Positions 26,983-44,100 of a DNA stretch of 64,000 nucleotides are shown one piece after another; the first letter of the stretch is position 1; each line of letters begins with the position of its first letter. The stretch is from Balanoglossus misakiensis (lineage: Eukaryota; Animalia; Hemichordata). The stretch spans positions 10,609,166 to 10,673,165 of the forward strand of contig CM082578.2 in the NCBI GenBank assembly GCA_040954595.2, in the 5' to 3' direction. The notes below the pieces were generated by a model. It did not search any database. It was given only the letters and a program-made list of their open reading frames with translations, and had not been told where the DNA came from. A program made the translations under genes and the position numbers.

Positions 26983-29900
26983 CTACTTCCACCGCCAGAC
27001 GCGGACGCTTTTGATCTGCATGGCGGCGTCTTCGCCGTTGTTGGTGTCCGGGTTCCAAGTCGGGTACCAGTTGTCCTTGTCCACCCAGAAGTCCCTCGCG
27101 GCTGCTGGCGAATCGTTGGTCCACGGCTTGGGAGCACCGCCGTTGATGTGGCCATCCCAGAAGAAGCCGGTGACGCCACCGACGGCCACATTCATGATCA
27201 GATAGAACTGATAAGTAAAGAAACGATAAAGATTGGTAAAAGTTTTGTTGTTGGGAAAGTTATAATTACTATGATTGTTGTTGTGGTTGTTGTTGTTGTT
27301 GTTGTTGTTGTTGTTGCAAGTTGTTGATGTGGTAGCGGTGGAAGTTGTGGTGATGGTGATGTTGATAGGCAAATCGTCATCACTATCGTCATTATCATCA
27401 TCACCACCATCGTCTTTGCACTAAAATTACCTCTTTGTCGAATGGAGCCATTTTGTTCGGGCTGTTTCTCCACGGGTTCTCACAGTCGGGAATACTCTCG
27501 TCCCAACCGCCAAACTTGTAAAATCCTTCCGCTCCTGGATCGGCTTTTAGGATTTCTTCGTCATCGACAAGAAATCTGTATTACATGGAAACGGTTACAA
27601 GATATGTTGGTGAGATTTGGTACTTTGTGTTCAAAACAATGTCTTGCTCTACTTACTTTAATATACGTATTAATTAATATAAATACACGCAGTATATCTG
27701 AAGCATGTGGTGTTGTCAATGACAACTGACTAGAAGTTCGAGTTTAAATTTAGATTTTCAGAATAGAGCATGTTGGCTGTATACACTACAGGATGTATTG
27801 CATGCCAAATACTGTTGATTGTAGCTCGAATATTAATCTAGTAGACAAATCATACGTTTTTGCAGGAACGTCGAGGCACGCAGTTATCCATACCGTACAA
27901 CAATGAAACATAAATTGTGACTGTCCGTTTAAACAGGAAGGCACTTCACAGAGAATGCCCCTATGTTCTCTCACCTGATGTAATCTTCGGTCCATTCCAT
28001 ACCATACTTGTGGAAATCGGAACCGAATGTGCCTTCAGTCAAGACTCTTGAGAATGGAAAGAAAATAAGATTTTTAAATCCACACCATGCAAGTGTCCAT
28101 GGACGCATGTACTTTGTATTTGGGGAACAGTTCAGCCACCTTTACTGACTGGGTCAGGCCGGTCCAACCCCAACGCCAGAATCACATATTTCACCCTTCT
28201 TTGGCCTTTGTCTTACTCTAGTTGTGCATTGATATGGAAAGGTACATGTAAAGGTTTTGATATAATAGTAAAATATAAATATATTCAGAGCCGTTTCTCC
28301 ATTAGTATTTAACACCTACTTTTCTGCGTGAGTTTTCTCAAATCCGTTGTTAGGCCAGAATGGTCCCCAGTGCATTGTAGAACCCATGCTGTCGACTCCA
28401 ACAGAATGTCCATCTTCAGTTGTCAGATTTCTGTTTCCTGTGGAATGATTTGCGGCAAGTTAAAATTTGACCTTCCCTCACGGACATAAAAAAACTGAAA
28501 ACCCACCCCATCACACTCTTCTACAGTAAAGAATACTGGTAGCAAGTGGACCCACTTTTCTACGTTTTAGGTGTTCTCCATACATGTAGCTTTCGACTTC
28601 CAGTCAACGTTTTCGTTTTTCGTCAGTCAGCATCTGATCCTAATAATCTGTCATGATATCCTTCTCTGAAACATTCCTTGAATGACCAAGGATGAAGTGA
28701 AAAGACGCGTCGCCGGAGAAACGAAGAACTCACGGCATCGAATGATCTGCAACTGTGACACCAGAAACGAAAACAGTGATCAACCCACCTCTTGATTCGA
28801 CGATGTCTATTTCACCAGACGCCGGCCAATCGCCATATTCGTTATACGTCGGCAACATCCAAATAGCTGTTTGTTCATTAAAAAATTTAAAAACAAAATC
28901 AATGTTTTTTTTTATAAAATCACACAGGTCAATTTCAGAAATGCAAGCTAGTCCAATTATACGGAATTACATATTTAGATGCTCTTCTAAGATTTTTTTG
29001 TCCATTCAGTTTTGACTAACTGAAGGGCAGTTAGGGAGTTCAATCTTCAAATATACCAGTGCCTGACTTTGCCTGAGAATTTCTTCAACTTGAAATTGCA
29101 GAGAAGACCTACCAGGCCATAGCCAATCTCCCGTCGGCATCTTAGCTTCAACTTCCACTTTACCGTAGGTGAAGCTGAGGCTATGCACGGTTCTGAGTCT
29201 GGCCGATTGGATGGGGTTGATGATGATGTCATTTCCGTTGCCGGTACGCGAGCAACCCCACCAGGCGTTTCCGGTGCACAGGTTTGCCGGTGACGCACCT
29301 ATAGTGAGTAACGAAGTGTGACACCGAAAACTATAATTATGTGATTCGATCAATATGTCGTGTATTATATACTTGAATCGGTGAAATATTTGTTAAATGT
29401 CAGTTTTCCTACTTCAGTGGTACCTACCCCATAGATCGAGTGTACCAGTATAGACATTGAAGTATTTATCCTCTGTTAGGGTCTAAAACAAATTGGAGAA
29501 ACAAGAAAAGTGAGTAAACTATTGGAAGACTGTGACTGGTCTTGACCATCATATAACCTCTGACTGTATGTCTGGCTGGCAGTCTGACTGGCTGGTAGTC
29601 TGTCTGTCTGTCTGTCGGTCTGTCGGTCTGTCTATATGTTATGAAAGCACGTCAACCTGTAACTTACCGGTTTTATGTACAGGACATTGTCTCTGACGTA
29701 ACTGTTAGAACGGTTGTTGGTGTAATACTGAAATTCCCAATTCTGTGTAAAAAGAGAGACTCACATTACTTGTCATTCGATAACCAAAAGTGTTCCATCG
29801 TGATCAAAGATGGCGGCCATTCCGCCCATGCATCACGCAAAGAGAAAGTGAAATTCTAGTTGTCTATCTGCGATAACCACGTCACACTTACGCCGCCTCC

Positions 29901-31471
29901 GCCTGCTGTTATTTCATGCTGCCAGGTGTCAAATCGGAAAGTGTCGAACGTGTCTTCAAAGATCAAACAGTCCTCATCACAGGGATCTGTTGACAAAAAA
30001 TAACACGGGATGCAATGCAGAAGCTTGAGTTTATTTTTGAATGAAGGTTACACCCTAGACTATAAAGCTTGACTTGTTGTTACAGCAATTAACCAATATC
30101 CCTTGAGATGTCGCAATGAGCGAAAAATCACATATCAAGACATTCGTGATTGGACGATGCACTATTTGATCAAGTGAGCACGCTCAATGCAACGTGATTT
30201 AAACGTTTGTGTAACTGTCCATGAACACCGATTATTCCATATCTTCGTTCCCGTTCTGCTTTAGGTAGTGAGTGTTGCGTTAATCGCGTCAGCTGATTGT
30301 CATTCGAGCTGTGATATGATGTTCGCGATATCACGTGCACTTGTGTAGAAAGATACACGTATATCGCTTTGTTTCGACAGGTGTATTATCACGGGCGTCG
30401 TTGCAAACAAGTGTGCAGGTATGATTGTAAATACTTGCTTTGTCAACAAACACACAGAAACCTTATCAGTACTAGAACCAGAACAATCCTGTGCGTGATT
30501 TCTTATTTATGGCCCTTCGAATAAAACAGTCGGCGTTGTACGGTCAGATGCAAACTCCGATAAAGTGCCGAGAGCAGAACTTTCTCGTACACGTAGCTAT
30601 GGAAACGGTGGCGCTGAAACTTGTGATATTTCTAGACAATATCTATGTTCTAATAGTGTAACGGTTTCTTGTTCTGTTTCATGCAAATAGATAGGACGAC
30701 CGATATTTGGTTTGTGAACATGGTAACATGTCATTTTACGTAGCAAGTTGAATTTCAGAAATGAATTAAAATTCGAATGAGATGCAACAAAGGGAATAAG
30801 CAGCACACATAGAGAGATGTCACCGAGTCAAATACAAGACGTTTTAACGTTTCCGTCGGTTAGAAACAAAAGTTAAAAATCAAACGAGTTAACAATGCGT
30901 AAAACAAAATTTACGAGTTGAACTATTATGATCACATGTTATATTTGCTGTGCCATTCGATCATGCGATTTCTGAAGGAGAGATGCACGCGGCCCTGTCG
31001 TGATTGCCGTCTTCAAGAGCGTGCAAGTCATGTTGCGATGTTAAAGTTGGACTTTGGAGGGTTGTTGACAACCGTTTACCTGGCAGCGATAGTTACTGGA
31101 GACACGCAGAGTTTGATCGTAAAATTGTAGACACCTCTCGGTATAACCCGTGCACCCCACCCCGTATGGTGTGCATCGGATGTGTACATCGCTCTTAAAA
31201 AAATCTGGGACCAGTTTAACCTGCACTTACTATCGGAATTACCTTGCACGGATTCATTTTCGCCTGAACTGGATGTTGCGATCACGACTCCCGAGATCGC
31301 CGCAGCCACCACTGCAATGGCAACGATTGCTAAGACGAGAACAGCTACTTTCTTGGAGCAGCGGCTCGACGTCTTCTGGCTGTCGCCGTTGACCTGGTAC
31401 TTTTTTCCATCGCCGCCGCTCTCCGTACTACTGATAACGTAGGCTGGGTTGTCTTTCCCGTTCTCTGCCAT
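26983..31471 (-). CDS. GH16 beta-1,3-glucanase / beta-glucan-binding (LGBP-like) protein, ~425-429 aa, predicted type II membrane protein. Exons 31471-31231 (or 31243), 29986-29892, 29742-29668, 29482-29428, 29298-29113, 28866-28789, 28437-28320, 28046-27975, 27575-27431, 27207-26983
   Basis: In-frame spliced product contains LIFEDTFD..WQHEITAGGGGNWEFQYYTNNRSNS, INPIQSARLRT, YGKVEVEAKMPTGDWLWPAIWMLP, WPASGEIDIVESRGN (catalytic ExDxxE), MGSTMHWGP and MAPFDKEFYLIMNVAVGG. Linkage of exon 1 is inferred from phase compatibility. Confidence 0.92.
27275..27360 (+). repeat. (TTG)n/(TGG)n low-complexity tract in the last GH16 intron
   Basis: Read directly; it explains the poly-N and poly-T ORF translations. 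Confidence 0.85.
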
Positions 31472-31913
31472 GATTGCCAGGCTGCTTGGTGCGGTCTATG
31501 CCAGGCTCGTGGTCCGCGCATGCAGGTATATACTCTCTCGTCACGAAGTTTGAGATTCATAAATTTGCATAAATCCCAACACTTCCAGCCTCGATTTCGC
31601 GTAAAACTTCTGGGTGTAAGTTCAAGCGCCATCGACGGATGCTCGCAGATTCCATTTAAACATCTTCACAGGTACCTGGCACTATAGACTTTATCAAAAT
31701 AAATCAAATCATAATTTATGTGGGAGGTCGGATATTTAGTAGGTCAGTTAATATTTTCTCCGGATTAATGTGAAGTACTGTCGTCTTTTTCAGGTACAGG
31801 TTTGAAAGTGTATTTTTCGTGTGCGAGTTCTCACATTATTTCTTGCTGTCAGTGATTATTTAAGGTTGTATTTATCAATCGAATCCATTCGGTGTGGTAG
31901 ATAAAGCTGGTTA

Positions 31914-33020
31914 CTACGAAAGCCGAGAAGGGCCATTTTACTGCGTACTTCTAATTTGGACTGTCGACTGCGCACTTCAAGTTTTCGACTAGTGCGTAGT
32001 TCATGTTTTGGCTGCGTGAGCACTTCAGATATTTTACTGCGTAGTTCTAATTTTGACTGCACACTTCAAAATTTCGACTTCTCACATGGAACTATGGGAA
32101 GTTTTGGTGTTAAAGATGGCGGTGGCTAATGGCTGACACATGAAAGCCGGCGCATCTACAAGGTATGATTTTAGTTTACGTATAGATGTAAATGTATGAG
32201 AATAAAAGAATGGGTTTTTCGAGAACCTGATGGAGTAGAAGGTGCAGTTTTAAAAGCCTAAACACCAGATTTCACTATACAGAGAGAATTACGAGAACAA
32301 TTTTTCTTTGACCAAACACTCTCCTCCAGTGAAGACCAAAATTGTGTGGTCCAAGTATCCCCTAAAAGTCATGATGGTTTATTTGGGCTCTTGATACACC
32401 GAACCACACATAAGACATGTATATATGCGCATTGCCTGAATGGTTAATTCATGTTGAGCAAATCTACTAAGTTTTAAATGGACAGATTTGTTTATACACC
32501 GGTCTATAGTCCTCTTGAGTAAAATATGTAATTGGATTGTGTGCCCTGAGTATCATATTCTGGCACCTATTTAACACATACAGTAATAATATTGAGATGA
32601 ATGATAGTAAAAATAAGTTCAATCCACATTGAAAAGAGAGTGCAGTGAAAATCAGAAGTATGCAGTGAATATCAGAAGTATGCAGTAAAAAAATCAGAAG
32701 TATGCAGTGAAAATCAGAAGGAAGCAGTAAAAAAATCAGAAGTAAGCAGTAAAAAAATCAGAAGTATGCAGTGAAAATCAGAAGGAAGCAGTAAAACAAT
32801 CAGAAGTATGCAGTAAAAAAATCAGAAGTAAGCTGTAAAAAATTCAGAAGTATGCAGTGAAAATCAGAAGGAAGCAGTCAAAATTAGAACTACGCAGTAA
32901 AATATCTGAAGTGCGCACGCAGCCAAAACATGAACTACGCACTAGTCGAAAACTTGAAGTGCGCAGTCGACAGTCCAAATTAGAAGTACGCACTAGGATG
33001 GCCCTTCTCGGCTTTCGTAG
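31914..33020. mobile_element. Non-autonomous DNA transposon (1107 bp) with 147-bp terminal inverted repeats and a 4-bp GTTA target duplication
   Basis: 31914-32060 is the near-perfect reverse complement of 32874-33020 (ctacgaaagccgagaagggccat ... atggcccttctcggctttcgtag). GTTA flanks both ends. No internal ORF. Confidence 0.9.
32642..32873 (+). repeat. Subterminal tandem array, ~11 units of 19-22 bp (gcagt[g/a]aaaatcagaagtat)
   Basis: Read directly; the units resemble the degenerate subunits of the adjacent TIR. Confidence 0.9.
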
Positions 33021-34209
33021 GTTACGAAACAGTGGTATCTTCGCACGGTATCAAGTAGCACTAGGGGATTTTGAACTTTGAACCACGCCTTCCTGTTGCA
33101 CGTGAAGGGAGCAAGGGACCTTGAAATGTTGGAGCTTTCTTGCGTGGGTCGATGTGAATCGTATTATAACTGAAGTCATGGTTGGAGAGGAAAAACAAAC
33201 TTATAAAGAAGAGTCGACTATAGCAATCAACACGTACTCGTACATCATTTTTCACAAAAATGCGACTCAGTTAATATTGAGTCAGAAACCCTTATATAAC
33301 ATTTTAGGGCATATAGATATTGAATAAGACAGCTGCGTAGATACTGTAGCCATTGGTTACAGAAGGGTCACGTGACCGTCAATTAATCTTACGTTATTGC
33401 CATAAACCTGAAAAGTCACAGATCTTTCTCCGCGGGCCTTTTTGTAGCTCTTTCGTGTACAACTTAATTAAGCAAGACGTGCAGTTATAAGTGTGCTGTC
33501 ACGAATCTCACAAGCAACCAATTCCCTCTGGAAAGAAACGTAAACTAAAGGAATATGTAAAAATAGCTGCATGTAAGCCTGGAGACATCAATTTATCGCT
33601 AGTGAAAATTAGTTTTGAAATGATACATACGCAGGTGCATTATCGGACAAAGAGAAAAAAAATGCCCGCGACTCTAATGTCACTTCCATGTTTATATGTC
33701 AATAGTCTAGCTTCAATAAAGTTTTCTATAACGTGTGGCATGGCCGGGCCGAACCTTCACTGTTCTGTCACATGCTAAGGTTTATTTAAAGCGCCGCCAT
33801 GTTTTGTACCAGGTGATTATGGAAGTCTCTCGTCGCGCCATTAATCATGATTCATTCAAGTAGCAGGGTTAGATGACTTGCAAAAAGGTCTACCTGTGAC
33901 CCCAAACCATTCAACGACACATTGTAAACACAGTAAAGATTAAAGAGATTTGAACGAATGCGAAGAAAGGTCATTCAGAATAATAAAAGTAGTGAGAATG
34001 AAGTTATCAATCCTCTGACCGATAAATAGAATAGAATAGATATATAATTACAAGTTGAAAGTAGTTCCGGCATCATGCAGGCGACGTCAGAAATATGGTA
34101 ATAACAAAGACCCCCCTGCACAACATTGCCATAGTTCTTCGATGCCATATCCGTCAGAAAGTGGGTCTATGCGTGTGGTAACATTTCATATCGCAAATTA
34201 AATTTCTGA

Positions 34210-39274
<5,065 letters not shown>

Positions 39275-40993
39275 GAAAATCGAGTTTTCCTTCTGACTGA
39301 ATGTCATGGAGACGTACAGCAAAACACAGAGGGGAACATTGCTTTGGGGAGTACTAGAATCTCACACTTCCAAGGACTTGGGATCACTGTAACTTATGAC
39401 TTTTTCAACAACAATGTTATGACAGAACTTACATCTCTCAGTGATGATTCATCAAACAAGTTGGAGTGTCTAAATGTATAAATTATTATAAGTTATTTAG
39501 ATTGCTCATTTTAAGAATCTCCTTTGTGTTATCAAAGTTTGAAGGGGTCGGTTTATGAAATTTAGCCAATAATGCTATGTCAGAGTTATTTAACCATTTT
39601 GTATATTTAAGCAAAATGATTTTACGGGTTTATTTCACAAATAATCACATTGACCATATGCTTTTATTCATTAGCAATGAGTGTAATTTGACTTGAATGA
39701 GCTATGTGCTATATAATGAAATCCCACGAAAATTATAATCGTAGACGTGGGGTGCATAGCAATCCCCCCATGCAATTCTATGGCAAGAGACAAATTCCAC
39801 GCGCTCAAAGATGTACATGTAAGTAAAGGATAGTGTACGAGTGGAGTGCTATCGTTCAGATACTGACTGACACTGGGCCTCGGACTCGGATGCCGGGAGT
39901 TCAATTTCTGAACGATTGCACGACACGAATACATTATCCGGCGTACAACACGTATCATTAAGACAACATCTGTGATCTTGGTATGCTAAACAACTTCTCA
40001 ATCCCATCAACCAATCACATGCATCACAAAATGCACCCGGTGAATGACACGTTTCGATTGGATAGTTGTCAGCCAGTTCATTTGTCAGATGGTCAGCGAG
40101 GCGCCCCTTCCATCATTCGATACTCGATCTTTGGTGCACCAACACCGTGGCTGAAGGTAGTGACAACGACGACGTATTCATTACCCAGAGAAATTTCCGA
40201 CAACCAAGTGAAAGTGGGGGTCATGACTATGAGGACATTGACTGGATTTTCCAAGATTTTGGTAGCCTCATTTATATAAAGAAAATGTACATAACCCATC
40301 GGTCATGGAAAGTGACGACGAAAATCAAAGGTGCCTCTTCTCCTGGCTTGCAGTCCCCATTGCGCACATCGTCTACTGTAAGTAACTGTTCTCTGTCATT
40401 TTTCCTCGAAACATTTAAATTTTAAGGTATTCTGTTGATAAGGAATTTTCGGTTGTACATGGCCATCGCAAAAATGGGACATTCTGGTGAAACCGTGTAC
40501 GAGGTAGAAATGAAACCCCGACCAAAGGTCGAGCCCAGCGCAGAGATTACAGAGAAAAATGGCCGAACCTGGAAGCATGGCTTCCTTTAGGAGGCATCCT
40601 TTCTTTCTTTCGAAGAGAACAATGGCTAATTTGTTATCGTGTGTTGTAAGTGAATGGTGCAGTGCAACATGGGGATACTAAATGCACTGCGCCAGGACAA
40701 AATGTAATTGCGCAGATAATGTCCCAAGTGTCTGGGCACATGTAGTCTTGTAATTCTGTATATTTTCAATGCAATTTCAAGTCCGCCCACACTTGTAGTC
40801 AGACTGACAGCATACATTATGGGACTGAATATTTTTACACGGTATAATAAAAAGTAGTTAGTGCTGATAATCATCAAATAAATTGTGCCCTCTGTTTTAA
40901 CGATTTTTAAATACAAAAGCGGGGAAATAAATTGGCGGAAGGACGGATAGACAGACAGGCAGGCAGGCAGACAGACGCACGCATGCGCGCGCA

Positions 40994-41114
40994 CATACAT
41001 ACATACATAAATACATACATACATACATGTACATACATACATACATACATACATACATACATACATACATACATACATACATACATACATACATACATAC
41101 ATACATACATACAT

Positions 41115-41161
<47 letters not shown>

Positions 41162-41180
41162 TACATACATACAGACATAC
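40994..41180 (+). repeat. Compound (TACA)n(CAGA)n microsatellite
   Basis: Read directly; it explains the MYVC and HTYI ORFs. Confidence 0.97.
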
Positions 41181-44100
41181 AGGTACGTCATACTTACATA
41201 CCACTCACACACCGTGGCGTGGCTTCGCGACCTTCGTTTCAAGTTGTCGCTTGTCCTTCCTTCGTGTAGCGTCCCAGACATTACAACAAATCGTTCGCAC
41301 TGATCGAAGCCGTTCGTCAATCGTCATGCCAGCGAAAGTCCATCGATGTGAAAACAAGTCCCCCGCGAACACAAACCCGAGGCGAGATGAAAATGAACTC
41401 GCGTGTCGGTTTTGTCCAAGTGGGGGCCGTCCAAACCCGACCGTCCCGCTTAGCACTCGGATGAGTGACCGCGCGGTCGCTTATGACAGTCGAGTTTTTC
41501 AAGCCGGGTGGTTGGTTTTGGTTTTTTCCTCAGCCAGAATTTTGACGTTCCGACCGAGGAGGGTGGTTGGGTGAGCCACTAGAAAGCGGCTCAGAACCGA
41601 AGTATTAGGGTTTTAAAATTCGCTTGCGGTACAGTGTCGAAGTAAGCGAATGAGCGCCAACAGCCCAGACACCAAGAGCGTCTCCGAACGGAGCCATGGT
41701 ATCCGCTGACGGTTGCTAGCAACTGAAGTACCTTCGGCTCGCTTCGCCCCTTTTAAACGCTGCGCGATGCTTACGTAAGCAGTATGTGTGTCAATAACAA
41801 CTGCATGTATTGCTGACTGCGCGTATGCTGACCCAGCAAATTCTAAAGCGCTAAGCTGACATTTATTTTTAGTCGGTGAATCATCCGCGCCCTCTATTGA
41901 TCGTCAATGATTGTTTTACCTTCTGCAGTCGGCATTTTTTCGCGGCTGTAAGCCACATGTGAGCCCCTCTGGGAAGCAAAAACTTACAAGACAATTTGCC
42001 ATGTGTATTTTCAATATTCTTCTTTTACCCAGCACTTGAAATATTACAGAGGCTCTTTACCTTTAGCATATGAAAACACTTGAAGTTGTGGGCATGCGCA
42101 AATGCTTCTGTTCCTATATTTTAAGCAATAAGGGCATGGGCACCTTTGACACCGCGACTTCCACATGCAGAGACATGTGCTACTCCAACCTGCGGCCGTG
42201 GTGAACGTGCAATGGTACAAAAACTGTAAAATAGTAGCTTTCAACGAGGTCTCAGGAACATTCATTCGTGACAGAATAGGCAAGTACACTGTTTTCAGTT
42301 CAGATTTCATCCACACACAAAGAAACGAGGTGAAATCAATGAACAGACACAGCCAGGTACTCAGAGTAAGATAATCTACCGTTGGCGGCGCCCTTCTCTA
42401 TCGCAAGTAAACGCCATGTAGACTGTCAGCAGTCGCTCACGCCTTATTTGTCGACGCGTCTGAACATCGTGATGCAATCCCGGTAAAACTGCTTTTAATA
42501 ATGCAGTGATCATTACACCGGCGGAGGTAAAGCGTCTTATATTCCGACTTTTAGCTTCCAGTGTTTAACAATAATCGTTTTGGCGGAAGTGCGCGGCTCG
42601 ATCGAGGATTATCCCCCTGCGCGCTTTTAGGAAAGTGTTTCTAATAGTTGGGCAGAGGTGATAATTGTCGTCAAATGAGGTCACATGTGACGTAAATTGA
42701 AGGTACATGTACTAGTATTTCCGCTCGCATTCTGCTGATCAGCCCTCTCCGTATACATGTACACATGTTAACACGTGTTCAAGTACGGATCTGTAACGTT
42801 CACAGCGTCGTACTTAGCGTTCATCCGCGCCACGCAGCCGGCCACGATTGCTATTCAACATTGCGTGTCGTCACACGTTCGTAGATGGTTGGTCGGTCAT
42901 TGTAAAACCTGTTCAGCCATTTCATGCAATTCCATTCCCTCCTTCTGTCTCATAAGTGAGTAATCATATCGTCCCCACAGCAGTAAAAGCGCACTGAATT
43001 ATTTTGCAGTCACCTGCGAACTGAGCGAACGGCTTGGTCGCAGGTAAAGGGACGTATGTTATGAACGGCTGTCCAGTTGTTTCCGTTTTGTTTTCCAATA
43101 AACAGTCCCCTACATAGACAAAAATGTATATTGTTTATATCCGTTGAAAAGCCGTGGCACAGTCTGTCATTAGGCTCAACATCAAACTGTACAGACCACG
43201 GCAGCCCGTGGTTCGACAGTTCCACCGCTTGTATGAATTGATTGTGTCGAAGTTGAGATTTTCTGTGGGTGGGGTAGTAACGTCAACCGAGGAACCATTA
43301 GAAGACGGCGTCAAAAATAAAACGGCAGATAGGCCGCTCTGTTGATAAAACTGTTCAATATTCATGTAAGTGCCTTTTGGGCAAGAGATAAAATCTATCA
43401 GGTAATCTTGGACGCAATTCCCTTATCAGTGTTGTTTAATTTCAATTGCTGGCGAATGGAATTTTGCAAGGTTATTACTCCGCCCAAGACAAAAAATGTT
43501 ACTCATGCGATTTCTGTGTGTGAGTAAAACTTAATGGTTAGTCATCATCTGAGCGTGAGCAAAGCAGTACGATGCGGTACAATAACCACGATTACGTGCA
43601 TTAACTAAATCATCATTTTCAAGACACGTTGACATGTTTATTTCAAATTCTCAAAAATCCCGCCGGCGATTGTAATAATCGATGTCGCACCTGATTCAAG
43701 TCCACTCACGGCGGTCGCCAACGCACTGTAGTAAACAACCATCACGGTTGTCAATGACTCTCAGTGAAGCGAAAGCAACGCTGGAAAACATGACTCACAA
43801 GCATGATTGTTGTGGTCTGATCTGTACAGACATGACAACAGTGCGAGTGTCCCAGTTCTGCAGACACATACTGCACATATCAAAGCGAATTGCAATGCCG
43901 CCCATTTGATATATATTTTAGTGTATGAATCACACGCAAATTCTGCGTCATGTGAACCTTCAGAACGACCTACAAACAAAAAGTAAAACCCCTCAATGGA
44001 GATGAAATATATGAAATTGGTTGATGTACTGGGAATGAATTGTTATTGATTGATTGATTGATTGATTTTTTTTAATTTGCGAGAGGATAGTAATGGTGCG

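Noticed and set aside
40066-40425. Acidic ORF (SDNDDVFITQRNF) as a gene or TE protein
   Set aside because: It is short, has no ATG start and has no recognisable domain or splice partners.
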